Of a stretch of DNA of 64,000 nt, positions 36,401 to 49,149 are shown in pieces. The translations under genes and the position numbers were made by a program. Under the pieces are notes generated by a model, which saw only the letters and a program-made list of their open reading frames with translations, was not told the DNA's origin and ran no database searches. Source of the stretch: Tubulanus polymorphus. Lineage: Eukaryota > Animalia > Nemertea. The stretch's first letter is position 1, and every line of letters begins with the position of its first letter. The stretch covers positions 11,644,275-11,708,274 of the forward strand of contig NC_134032.1 of assembly GCF_964204645.1 (NCBI RefSeq), read 5' to 3'.

Positions 36401-37068
36401 GGTACCAGCACGATTTAACAAAAAAAAGATCACTTAGAGTTTGGCAGTGGTAAGTGTTGAAAGGGTAGAGATGTTACTAGACCGAAGATTTATAGGTCTA
36501 GCTTATACTGGTTGAATAGGGTTCTTACGCTAATTCTAGCGGGCAAAATTTAAATTCAAGTTTTATGTTTTAAGATCTATTCATATAGCATGCATGGAAC
36601 TTAGCGATTACCTATAACATCTATATTTCAATGGCCGGATTTATAAGTTCTGAGATCGAGATTTCCCTTGTACATACGATGTTAATATTTCAAAGAAATA
36701 GCATATTTCCCTATTAAAACACCGTCTGCAGCGTCTTAGCGAGAGTCAATGATAATCGAATTCAAATCCCTGCAACGGAGGAACGTGGTGGCAGCAAAGT
36801 CTCACGATGTAACGGATTTGCCTATGCGATATGCAAATCAGGCAGAGACCTCCCGTGATAATGAAACTGATTATCATGAATTAAAAAGGCTTACCCTAAA
36901 CGCCATACGGCGAAAGAATGCTTTGCACGATTCACACGAAACTACTCCAAAATTACAACCAATCGCTTTATCCCCGCATACTCGGCATACTTTTCTGTTG
37001 ACATCGATTAAGTATGGCATCAATGACCTCACAATGGCAGATGTTCTCGGTACCGATTTCTTTTTCAT
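33413..37068 (-). CDS. Nuclear receptor, NR1J (HR96/DAF-12)-like; exons 37068-36895, 36227-36110, 34188-33413 (355 aa)
   Basis: [27 protein letters not shown] (P-box CESCKA), second finger [31 protein letters not shown] signature F..L.I..QI.LLK and AF2-like PLFAELF; splice phases 0 and 1 join in frame. Confidence 0.9.
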
Positions 37069-38789
37069 GTCGTCTGAAATACCATTCCGAAACAGATAGA
37101 GCTCTGCCAGGACCAGTTTTTGACGAGAAGTTAGGGAAATTTAATCTATCCGGGTGGATACCATGGCACGGTAACTACTTTGTTAGGGATCCCCACAGAT
37201 ACACCTCATCGGAGATGGCCTGTTTCTTAGGCATCCAGCCACTGACTAAACGCAATAGGGACTGCAGATATTCCACCGAGAGCGATTTCAGAATTAGGAA
37301 GAAAATCAGGGTCGGATCCAGGGGAGCCCCTGAGTTGCGATCTCTCTACTTGTAGAACTTTTTAGAGTACCGGTATTTTAGTTATATTTGTGTATAGAAT
37401 GCTGGGGAGTTTATTAGTTAAGTATACTTTTTATATTCCATGATTCTAGGAGCAGAGGAGACACAATCGGCTAAATCAGAGTTATCGTAGCGATATCGAC
37501 TAACTAAATCGTTTCAGCCACTCAAGCTTCCAGCCTTGCAAACAGTTGGCTCGGGCTACCCATAAGGGCCGGACCCCTCGTGACGAGTTAAGTCGAAGAG
37601 ATTTCCTGATAGTAATGTTTGTAGGAAAAAGGCTTATGATACTTCCGGGAACGGAGCGGAACAAAAAGAACATGAGACCGTATACCGCGTATACTTGTCT
37701 TAAATGATTCGGTTCATTTCGTTCCTTTTCGTTCCTTTCCATTCCTGGAAGTATGATAAGCCATGAAAAAATGTACACGTACCTTTATTTAAATTCTCTG
37801 TAGACATAGAGAAGTCAATCGGCAATTCTTGATTAATACTGTTCATTCTCTATCGCTCATAAGTTATAGAATGTACGTAAATATATATTTCCAATAGTTA
37901 CATGTCAATCTTCTCCTGGTAACGTCAATTCCACCACTGATAAATATCGCATCCGTTTAGATATTTTGCGACTGTTTTCTGAGCTGAATGATCGATCGGT
38001 CAGTGTACCCGGTAGATGTGTTTGTATATTATGCGAGACCCATCATTTGCCAAATGCATGCTGCGAACGGTACCGGTACAGGTCGCGTGAACCGGTGAAC
38101 GACCGGAAGGAATTTATGTCGCAGTAATAGAGAAAAACACCTGTGGTATCGATCATGAGGGTTTGGTTTGATGTGATTATTAATGCGATTAATCCCTTTT
38201 AAAATATATATGCAACGCTGGGATTCTTATTCTCTGAATGAAATAAGTAAATTTATTGGTCATTAGAACAGATGCTACATTTTTATCTTAGCCAGGATAA
38301 GCGTTATTATTACGCCATGGTCAGTTTCAGCTGTCGCCAGTCAAACTAAAACTCTGCCTATAGTGTTAAATCGGCCCCAATAAGAGATTAAGAAATTCAA
38401 GTAAGATAGAAAATAGGAAAAAACAATTCTATATTTACAAAAATAGTGAATACATACAAAAACACCGGCATTTACATTAAATAAACATAGTGATCACGCG
38501 TGGGAGTTTGTACGAACACCCTCGGTATGTTAGATTTCGAACTATAGTCAGATCGGAGTTGAAACGATGATGTTAAAGAATTCAAGCTTATTACATTATA
38601 TTTGCACCTGAGCATAATTTCAGTAATAGTGTCTCGGCGACATATGATTTCCAGGGGACAAAAAACATCTATCTACTATATTCTGCGAGATCACCATCTT
38701 TTTTTATTGTCACACAGCAGCTTGGGTTCTTCATCAAAGCTGCATCGTCCCAAGGGGTGGACACCATCTAATTGCTGTTGGCTGACCGT

Positions 38790-39300
38790 TGTAGTGGGTA
38801 TAGTATAATGTTTACGATTTTTCATATGACGGGTATCTAACTATAAATCTCCTTGTTTCTAATTAAAAAAGCTTTAGCCAAATATACTTTGATCGCCATC
38901 TATTGGAATTTCACTGAACTGACCAGATCGCTCTCATTATCTCTCTCGCTTTATTATATTCTTTAAAAATGTTGAAATCACATTCGCCATCTAGTAGGAA
39001 GATGCAATACTACAGCGCAGCATCTGAAATAACCTTCAGATGGCGAGTGCGTTTTTAACGAATAAAAAAAAGCGCGAAAACACTATGAACATATTAGTAA
39101 GTTCAGCGAAATTACAATAGATGGCGTTCGAATCACCGTTATCAGCATCGTCTTAAACCATTGACTAAAAACGATCTAGCAGCATTTCTTTCTATCCTCT
39201 GTTCAACAACATCTAGACCGCCGAGACCGTAACAGCACAAAGAACGATACTTTTTCTAATAAATAAAATATTTATTTGATATTTTTAAAGCCATTCACAT
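38790..39300. mobile_element. Palindromic repeat family C copy
   Basis: Colinear with 26790-27280. Confidence 0.75.
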
Positions 39301-40135
39301 TATGCACATACGTAGTGTCTGTTAACTATTATAATATTCAATATATACTATTTTACAAGTGTCAATTATTAAGGATTATAATATATATTTATCATACATG
39401 CAATGACCCAACTCCGACGCAATATGAGACATACAACAAATAAATGAATCGATAATAAATAAACATGAAGCACAAACGCAATTAAACATTCTTCTGACAT
39501 AACATTGAAATACAATTTTCACCTGTTTTAAGAAGTCCACCACTAAATCTGCCTTAAGTCTAAAAGTCGGTTAAAGTAGATTAGCTATAAAACGAAAATG
39601 GGATCAGTCGGGTCTTAAATCTTATCCTTGATTTGACGCTTATATTTGACCATGGTTTAACATCTGGGGCCAGTTTGACAGTCCAAAAGTGGACTAAAGT
39701 CTTTAGACTCATCTTTAATTATGAGGTTGGCGAAGTTAAGGTGGTTTTAGACTGGTCTTAACAGCATAAGAAGTGTGAAACTGGCCCGTCGAACAGTTTA
39801 ACTTGAAATTTGACTCAGGGGTTGTTAAAATGGTAACTCAGAGTCAAATTTTAACGAGCACTGAGAACTGGGTCCTGACCCTTGCACTACGGTGTTGAAA
39901 CTAGTTCATTCCTCATTATTCAACCAGCCTAGAATTGATTTTTAATCCTAACAATGGAACCGGGGGTCCTCGATTAGCAAGTAGATAAAATAAATTATTA
40001 CGTAAAACAAACTGAAGGCAAAGTAAGACAGGGAAATGACAGCAGACACACAGACGAGTGACAGGAGGGAGAACGACCATTAATTGAAAGGGCGGAGCTT
40101 GAGAGACAGATGAGTGACAGGCGGAAGGAGCGAAA

Positions 40136-43100
40136 TCATCTACGTAATTTTTTCATCATAGTCATCGTTTTTCTCATCATTGGCGGAACGACTTTCTTTC
40201 TAGGTTCCTCTGAAAAACAGTTTAAAAGAAGAGTTCAGATTAATTAAGGACACGTCCAACTGAGGGGGGGGCGGAGCGGGAGCATTCGAAAAGTTATAGA
40301 ACCATAAATCTCCCATGTTCCTGCCAAATATAAAAACCCCCTCTTACCCAATGTTTAAACGCCCCCAAATATGCAATCTTTTTGGAAAGATCAATTCAAT
40401 ACACCAAATCATTGAAAATGTCATAGGGAGTTTATGGATGCAGCCATGTTATCAGGAAGGATTTGGGCCTATGGATCAAAACATCCAAGAGAGTTCAAAA
40501 CAGCAGCACTGTTTTCTTCACAGGTCTACTTGATGATAATGTCATAGGGGGTTTATGGAGAGAGCTATTATTGGAAGTGGTTTTAGTTAGTATACCTTGA
40601 TTTAACTCCTTTTTAACTACAAATGTTTTATAAATACAAAAAAATTAAAATGAGCCAGCCAGGAGGCTGCACTCGAGGAAGTGGAGCCCTGATGTCCCAG
40701 AGAAAAAAAAAATGAATTAGAAATGATTCAAGAACGATAATGATGATGATGAGAGTGATGATATTAACAATGAGCAAGTGAAAAGGATGAAGATGATAAT
40801 AATTACCGCGTATTCTGACCGACCCGCCGGTTACCCCAGACGACGACGCCGATATCGCCGCTCTCATTGATTCCGTCGTGCCCGGTCGTTTAAAACTCGC
40901 TAACTCCGGGTTGCCGCCGCGACTCGACAGTTTATTCAACGGGTTCAGTTTATTCGACTGCGCTGGTCCGGCCGTACCGAACTTCATCTGTCGACGACGT
41001 ACGTCTCGCGGCGCCTTGGCGACCGTATCCACGTACGCAAGTTTCGTTTTACGTTCTGCAACCAGAAAATATACAACGCACAGTAAATCAAGTGTAAATC
41101 CCGTCGGTGTTATTCAGAGGGAAACGTTGGGTCCACTTTTATTCTCTTTTTCAAATAAATCTACGTCAGTAAGTCGGATTTCTTTATTTCGTAAACTCAC
41201 CTAGGCCTACTTAAGTCATAATATTCTTAAGGAACGGTTCAAACAATAAAAGATTTAATCAAGTTATTCAATCATTAGCAATAAAGCCATGAACATGCCA
41301 TGATATTCCACTAATTATTGACGCAGATCTAAATTGGATCTATGACTTTAGGTCGAAATGCGTGTAGTGCTCACTTCCGAAAGATTGGTGCAAAGATTGA
41401 GCGGTTTTTTTAAGCTGTCATTTTCATTCGAAAGATTGATAATCTGACCTTTTCGAAAGTTGGAAAAATCTTCCAAAACATCCAACTTACACATAGGCTT
41501 TATTGTATTCGAAAATTGTTTCATTCTTTTTATGAGGGGGGGGGTTTATGTGGACCACCGTTGGTTGAATTTAGTTTTACCTGGTGCCGCTTTTTTGACC
41601 ATCGCTCTGCTGATATTTGCCGTCAACGATTTTAATTTCGCTTCGCGTTCGTCGTGAAGACGCTGAAAAGTATCGAAACAAAAAATGTTTTTCAAATTAG
41701 TCTTTCTACAAAAACGAAACCAGCAGAGGTTGAATTAGTGAAAGCTGGAAAATGAGAAAACCAAACCCCGGGCCTAAGGAAATGTTCAATTTCATTCCGA
41801 AGATAGGTTTTTCTTCCAATTCAAGGGTACCAGGGGTCAGTTTTACCCCCATTGGTCTCCAAACCTTCTCTGGTTTGGTGACCTAGCCGTCCAACTCTAA
41901 TCCTAATCCTGATTAAATGATTTTAATATTTCGAGGCGATACTCACCAGGTAAAGTTCCCGCCAACTTTCCATTTCGTCCGGTTTGTAATTTCGGAAATC
42001 GCGTTGACAATGAATTTCCCACAGATCGCTCGATTCAGATATAAAAACCTACACAGAAAATTAACAACATTTCGTAGATAAAATCATCGGCTACACCAGA
42101 AAAATGGCTTCAAGTGAAAAAGTCTGGCTGAAGAATTTAATCATCAACCTGGGCCCCCTTCGGTTATCTGAGTTAGTCGACTATAATCGAACTAAACGAA
42201 ACCGAATGTCCATTAGTCGGAACTATACTCCGGAAATAGTCCGAAAATCAAGCGCATTCGGTTATTAGTCACCGACCACTAGTCGACTAGATACGAAAAC
42301 CGAATTTGGCCCTGGACTCAAGTTCATAGTTCTTGGTTAAGTTTGATTCAAAGGTCAAGATAAGTTAATTTCCAATATTTTCTATTTGATCTTAAAATAG
42401 GGATTGACCCTGTTATCTATTTGATTGGTAGATTTCGTCAGTATCCGTTGCAAACCCACCACACCTACAAGGAGCGAAACGGGGGGTTTGAAACATTTCA
42501 ACTCAAGCGTCAAATCTTAACTGTAGAACTGGATCCAAACTGAACAACAAATGATTGATACTCACAGGATTATATTCCTCGATATTATACAGTTGTAGAG
42601 GAGTACATCTCTCTAACACCGGACACAGAATCTCATAAGGCACTCCACCGACGTAACCTAGCTCTAAAAATATATCAGACACAATCGCAGTTAATCTGGA
42701 TACATTAAAATACACAGGACTCGAGTTCCATAGATCCGACTCGGCTAAAGTTGAGAGTTTTCAACGTTTTAACTCCGAATTCAAATTCTAACCGACAAGG
42801 TGGCCACTCGCCAACAATTTTGCCTGAGATTTCCCCGATTTTCCCATGTATAAAATGGAAAATTCCCTGGGGAATTTCTTGGTTCAAAATGTTACAATTT
42901 ATTCGTTTTTTTATGAATTGCGCATTTAAAAAGGAATGCTTTGATCCATAACATATCCAAATTTCCGAAGTTTTCCAGGTATTTTTTTTGCAAAATTTGT
43001 CAAATTCCCTGATTTATTGATTCCCCAACTTTTCCAGGTCAGTGATCACCCTGACCAAGATCAAGAAACCCAGAGCCCGAATTTTGTGCTTTTTTGGTAT

Positions 43101-46100
43101 CGTATGAAGCTTCTTACCTTCGACGTTGTCAGATAAAACACGGATACAAGCTTGAAACAGCGTGGGTACTTCTGAAAAACGAACGGAAACATTTTCAAAT
43201 GATTTTCTCTCCAAAATAGAATGATAAAAGAGCTATTTTCGACCGGGGATTTCGTACCGGTTAAATAGACCTGTTTTCTTCCAGCGTAGACTTGAGTGCG
43301 GTTGTGCTTCTTCGTTCCGATTGCCATATTCAACGCATGTTCTTCAGCTACAGGACATTAAAACAATTCTTTTAAGAAAATCAAAAATTTACCACACATG
43401 CTGGTTTGAGTTTCACAAAAGGTTCAACTCATTTCTTCATTAATTCAGTTCCTATTAAATCAATTGAGGGGTTATACACAATATTTATAGTGACCACTAG
43501 GGGGTGATGGTAGTGAGGCACCAAAATTGTCAAGTTGGCAACAATGGTTTTTGAAGACCCCAGATACCCTAGCAACTCAAAATAAGTGTTGCCAAAAATT
43601 AACATGAAGTGTAAGTCAAACGGGTTTGGCTATTACCATCATACTTTTTGTAGGGATCCTCAGAAACCGCAGATAATTGTATTTGAATTAATTCGACAAT
43701 AACTTACCAATTTGATGTTTCGAAGGTCCTTCCATTCCCGGGAATCTGATCGGTTTATAATCCGGACTAGTTACCGGTAGCTCCCCCAATATGTCAGATT
43801 CAGAAATATTCAACTGTAACGAAAAATTCGTTTTTTAAAAACTGGGCTCGGGTTTAGGGTTTATCCCGAGGGATAACTTTGCTTACCAGCCTCGAAAACT
43901 TGGAGCAAGTCAAAGATTTACCCTTCCCTAACTTTTTTTAAATATTTACAAAACTAGATTCAGGTTAAGCGTTTACATCCCGGGATAACTCTTTTAGCTC
44001 CGAAAAAAGGCACGAATTCTATTTCGAAACTGACCTGTTTCGTCGGAGATGGAATACTAAAAGCGGTTAAAGTCGATTTTCGCTTTTTCACTTTATGCTC
44101 GCGATCGTTGCTATCACTCGACGCGGCGGCTGCTGATACCGGGGGCGAGGACGATTTCGTCGTTGTAGGCGGCGCCGCGCCCGATTTTTTCTTCTTCGAC
44201 GAAATTGCCGGCATATCGTAATTGAGAAAATCCATAAAAGTTCGACCGCCGTCGTCGTCGTTATCGGTCGTCGGTTTCAAAAAGTCGGCGCTTTCTTCCA
44301 GTTTTCGTTTTTTTCGCTCGCCGTGCGAGTCTTTGGAACTACTTTTCGACTTATCGGTCGATTTATGCTTATCCCTGGAAGACTTATCGGTCGACAGTTT
44401 ATCGTTGTTACGTTTTTCAGAAGTTTTCGACGAAGATGACAAATGACTAGATGATGACTTTTCTTTGCGACTAGAATTAGACTTATCGGTTTTGTCTTTA
44501 CTACGATTACTCTTATCCTTATCGGAACTATTTTTTCCCTGACTAGAAGATCTATTACTAACGCTAGGTTTATCCGAATGTTTGTTGATACGGCGTTCGC
44601 CGTTGCTAGTCTTTCTATCTCGATCGTCGGTAATTTTCGAGTCCGTTTTATTTTCGCGATGTTTATTGCTGCCGTGCGAAGATTTTTTATTTTCGAGACT
44701 TTTCGAGCTCGTCGACGACGAATGTTCGCGACGATCCGACGACGATGAAATCTTTTGTTTTCGATTCTCCGATTCTCGATCGTCGTTCTTCGCCTCCTTT
44801 CCGTCGTCCTCCTCGGCGGTAGTCGATTCCTCGGCGCGCGCGATCTCCTTCCATTTTCGTATGATCGACTTCGCTTTAGAGCCGACCTCGCCGGCGTATT
44901 TTCGAAACGCGTTCACCGTCAAACCCACTTTCGTACTCTGGCAAAAATAATCAGAATCAATAATCAGCATTTCATCTTAATACATCGAGTCAAGAAGAAA
45001 ACACAATATCCATGTATGATGTATATAAACATTATTGTAACGGTTTTTACAGCGTCAATAAACTACTGATCAGGCTCTACATGAATGATACACCGAATAA
45101 ACGCGAGAAATCCCACAATAAATACAGCCAAAACAAGAAACTTGAATAGAAGAGCACTGTTTTCAGTAAGAAATTAACAAGCCAGGTCCCTTCGAAAAAC
45201 AGGAGGGTCCCATAATATGTCACAGTCCCTGAAACGAAAGCTGGTTTGAAAAAACAGGTGGGTCCTTAAAAAACGACAGACGGGTCTGGGACCTGGCTCT
45301 TATTGAAAACACTGAAGAGTATATATATTTGCGCAATGTTACGGCTAAACACTATTAGCCATCATCAGGCCCACATCATCACCATCATCAAATATACACT
45401 CTTCTATTCAAGTTTCTTGTTTTGGCTGTATTCATTGTGGGATTTCTAGCGTTTATCCGGTGTATCATTCACGTAGAGCCTGATCAGTAGTTTATTGACG
45501 CTGTAAAAACCGTTACAATAATGTTTGTACACATCGATACCTAGTACACGTTATTCAAGGGGGTTCTGTGTGAGTCGATGCACACTATACATCATCAATA
45601 TTGGCGTTTCAAAATTATGCGATGAATTTTCATTTTATTTTTGATAAATCTAAACAATTGCTTTTTGCGAGGATGAGCACTAGGTCATCAATACGTCGGG
45701 CTAGACTGGTTGCCGGTCAATTCAATTCAATTATTGAATCCAAAATAAGTTCATCGATCCTTTATATGACTGATTGATATTTCAGTATTATTCACTGTTG
45801 AAAATATAAAGGCGGGCATAGGTCGGCCTTGCGACGGCTTGTGACTCACTACGACCGCCAGCGACGATCGCGTCGCAACGATCAACCGACCAACGATCTA
45901 CCTTACGACTGCCAGCGACGGGTTGCGACTGCCAGCGACGCCAGTCGCAATGAGTTGCACACGTTCAACTTTCTGCGACGCGACGCGACCGTCGCAACCG
46001 ACCTGGCAGCAACTAGTCGCACACAGTCGCTGACAACCGCATCGCAACCGACTTGCGCGGCCACTTGTGACACAACGCGGCGATCGCGTCGCATCGCAAG

Positions 46101-47377
46101 GCCGACCTACGCCCGGCTTTACCCGTAATGTTTCCAATGAATTTCAAGTTACTTTCGTCCTCGAGCCCTCTATCGAAAGATGGCAGCACTGTTCAAACGT
46201 GTTGAAATATAAGTTACTATTGATACACCGCAGCGTGGTGTAAACAAGAATATATATATGTCCGTAGACAACTGGATGGAATTTTCCCAAAATTACAAGT
46301 CACCGGGAAAGATTCTACGAAAAGTAATACGCACCTGAAGTAGTTCCACACATATCGGTACACGATCTAACTTGCCGAGAACCTTCAACAGCTGAAAAAA
46401 TTCGAAAACAATTCTTAAGAAAAGCCCAAAAATGTATTGAGGCCTACTCCATAGAAACATTCTTCTCTTTTGGGACAAAGCTTGTTTAGTTGATGTCGAA
46501 AGCGATGGAAGAATTGGGGCTGACAGTGTAGAGTAGTCAAACTGAAGAACAGAGCGTCAGAAAAATTACTGAGCTCTTTCTTAAACTCCCCGACTTTCAA
46601 AAAAGATTCAGAATTTCGATACCCTGCGACTGTATGTGTATATCGTAGGGCAAAATCAGTCTCTCATAAGGCAGGGACTCGTCACACATAGCCTGTCTGT
46701 TGTGTACAGTGCCTATGGACTGGATCATAGGCACTTGAATATGGGCTTTGATAATGGATAAATATTTGATAATTCACCAGCGATACATTAATCCTACTTC
46801 GATAGATCCGCCATGTTTTATAATAAATTTACCCATGATGCAACGCGCGACTGTCGTTTAGCTATACTATACAGAAAGGCTGGAAACGATCCTATCTCCG
46901 TAATGCTTAAATCTACCCGCAGTTATCGGGACAGATGACGTCACAGCAATCCCGAAGAGGCATCGCGAATTTTCAAAAATCAATTTTGTTGCCATTTAAA
47001 ATCTTTAATGGAGCTAAAACAGTGTCAATGTTTCCAAAAAAATCATCTGCAATTGAAATTATGGGCGCTCCTTATATATCAGGATTAAAATTGACACTAA
47101 GGACTAAATCTGCTCGCTAAATTCGCCTTGGTGTGGTGGTACGGTGGTGGTGAGCATGCAGGGAACTTCAACTGTTCATTCAAGCTCTCTCTCTCGGCTG
47201 GACTACAAATACAATACACCACAGGCACAACCAGGACAAAAAAACATTTAAAGTTCGGTACATTCTAAAACGAAAGAGACCTCTTACAATCACGGATACC
47301 TGAGACTCGTCCTGTTGCAGCCTTTCATCGGTTAAAAGTTCTATTAGAAACAAAATCTTCTCCTCGGCCGCGTCCAT
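40136..47377 (-). CDS. ELOA: Elongin A; exons 47377-47300, 46391-46335, 44937-44035, 43813-43708, 43347-43258, 43171-43118, 42663-42566, 42048-41947, 41662-41581, 41055-40807, 40209-40136
   Basis: TFIIS N-terminal domain ([17 protein letters not shown]...AKSIIRKWK), S/K-rich linker, RTQVYAG, BC-box [51 protein letters not shown]-terminus. Confidence 0.93.
45018..45535. mobile_element. Foldback element (arms about 145 bp) in ELOA intron 2, with nested insertion
   Basis: gatgtatataaacattattgtaacgg...gaatagaagag versus ctcttctattc...ccgttacaataatgtttgtacacatc. Confidence 0.85.
45155..45314. mobile_element. Family B short TIR element nested in the foldback arm
   Basis: aagag|CACTGTTTTC...GAAAACACTG|aagag; the opposite arm has a single ctctt. 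Confidence 0.88.
45810..46118. mobile_element. PIF/Harbinger-like GC-rich MITE
   Basis: taa|aggcgggcataggtcggccttgcga ... tcgcaaggccgacctacgcccggct|tta. Confidence 0.72.
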
Positions 47378-47840
47378 CTTGGCTCGTCATCAGCGAAACG
47401 GGATTTCCCAGGATTAACAGTGGACATCACTATGACGTCATTAGCGGGGATTTCGCTTTTATAGAATTTATCGCATACAATTTCAATACATCATTGTTTT
47501 TAAGTATAATCGAATGACAAAAATTATTAATTACAAATGAAAGCACAAATTTGTCATGTCTATCGCATTCTATCAACTGCTGTTTTTGATTAATGGGGCA
47601 GCACCTGACGGGCTTGCTGTGTGCTGTGAAAACATTCGGCGTTGAATCTCTGGCCTAAATCTATTTTCATCCTGATTAGAAACATCATAAAATTCTAAAC
47701 CAAAATTACGTCGTTGTGTATCTCGATCCTATAACGTCATTAGCGGAATTGCCATAATAATTCCGATATAAACCGTCTATTTTCATGGTGGCAGCACCTG
47801 ACGGGATGTTTACGATGTCTGACTGTTGCGGATTGACAAG
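47378..47840. promoter_or_regulatory. Bidirectional promoter, ELOA / kelch gene
   Basis: Divergent ATGs 617 bp apart; TGACGTCA near 47433; duplicated modules acgtcattagcgg and ggcagcacctgacggg. Confidence 0.65.
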
Positions 47841-47994
47841 TAAGATGTTTGTAAATTATAGGCCTCGTATTGAGTGAATCTTCTGTTAATCCTCATCAAA
47901 ATCTTGTATAAAATAAAAGCAATAAGAAAATCATATTCCTTAATTTCTATATGTTTCTATTTTTTATATACAGGTTCAAACAGAGGAACAGGTA

Positions 47995-49050
47995 ATGGCT
48001 CAAGCCCCACCTGCCAGCGTGGAATGGAGTCTATTCGACAGTTCAGGTCCGCAGTTAGCATTTCACGTTGGCGCCGTGATAGCAGGCGCCTTTTACGTAC
48101 ATGGTGGAATCTCAGTTGCGGGCAGTACCCAACCTCTAAATTTGCTCTACAAATTCACGCCGGCTATCACCACTGGCGTTGACGATGCCAACAATGGAAA
48201 CACGGGCGGAGTCTGGACCGAACTAACGGCAGCGAATTCGCCCCATCTCAGTCATCACGCGTGTCTCGGCATCACCGACCGGTATCTGGTCGTAATCGGA
48301 GGCTGGACGGGCAAACAGCGTTGCAGCGACGTTTTCATATTCGACACGCGCGCGAAGGAATGGTCGAAACCGGAATGCACCGGTTTCCCGTCGGGCGCTG
48401 GTTTGAGTTCGCACACGGCGACCGAACTCGCGAACGGCGACATTCTAATCATCGGACGCGAAGGTAGTCTACGAACTCAGCGTCGGTCGGGAAACGCATT
48501 TATTTTACGCGGCAGCGTCGATTTACGCAGATTTTGCTATACGGATTTCCCGATAGCGGTCGCGTCGCGGTCCGGACACACGACGGTTGCGGTCCGGTCG
48601 AAAATCGTCATAATCGGCGGCCGGGACGATCGTCTAATCGAGCAACACGCGGTTAAACCGGTTTACCACAAAACCGAGAGCGTAAAACCCATCCGTTCCG
48701 GATCGAACAGCGATCTGGTGACTTCGCTCGTCGCGAAAACGAACGCGTTAAAACCGCTGTCGAAAATACCGTCCGGACGCAAGAATCACATCAGTATCCG
48801 CGGCGACGGCGGAATATTAATCCACGGCGGTGAAACATTCAACGGCCGCGCGCGAGAACCGGTCGCACGAATGTACCTCGTGAAACTGTCGCCGCCAACG
48901 ACGTTTTATGATTTAGGCGCGAGTAAAATCGGGCGCGCCGGTCACGTCGCCGTAACGACCACCGATCCTAACGACGTTTATATCCACGGAGGTTTAGGGC
49001 CTCGCAATAAAGTGACTCGGGAAATGTTTAAACTCGCTTCGACTTTTTAA
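47995..49050 (+). CDS. KLHDC9: Kelch-domain protein, KLHDC9-like (single coding exon, 351 aa)
   Basis: Repeated GG motifs with H..(C/A) blades: AFH...YVHGG, SHHA...LVVIGGWTG, SGHT...IIGGR, HGGETF; acceptor tatacag| near 47973 suggests a 5'UTR intron. Confidence 0.8.
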   Translation: MAQAPPASVEWSLFDSSGPQLAFHVGAVIAGAFYVHGGISVAGSTQPLNLLYKFTPAITTGVDDANNGNTGGVWTELTAANSPHLSHHACLGITDRYLVVIGGWTGKQRCSDVFIFDTRAKEWSKPECTGFPSGAGLSSHTATELANGDILIIGREGSLRTQRRSGNAFILRGSVDLRRFCYTDFPIAVASRSGHTTVAVRSKIVIIGGRDDRLIEQHAVKPVYHKTESVKPIRSGSNSDLVTSLVAKTNALKPLSKIPSGRKNHISIRGDGGILIHGGETFNGRAREPVARMYLVKLSPPTTFYDLGASKIGRAGHVAVTTTDPNDVYIHGGLGPRNKVTREMFKLASTF

Positions 49051-49149
49051 TCGATCGTCCGTCGACGAAATTAGTTTTTAATCGATTTCGATTCTATTTT
49101 TGTACGAAATAAAGTTTGTAAATTCTTTCTCGGAAAAGCCAACTCGAGC

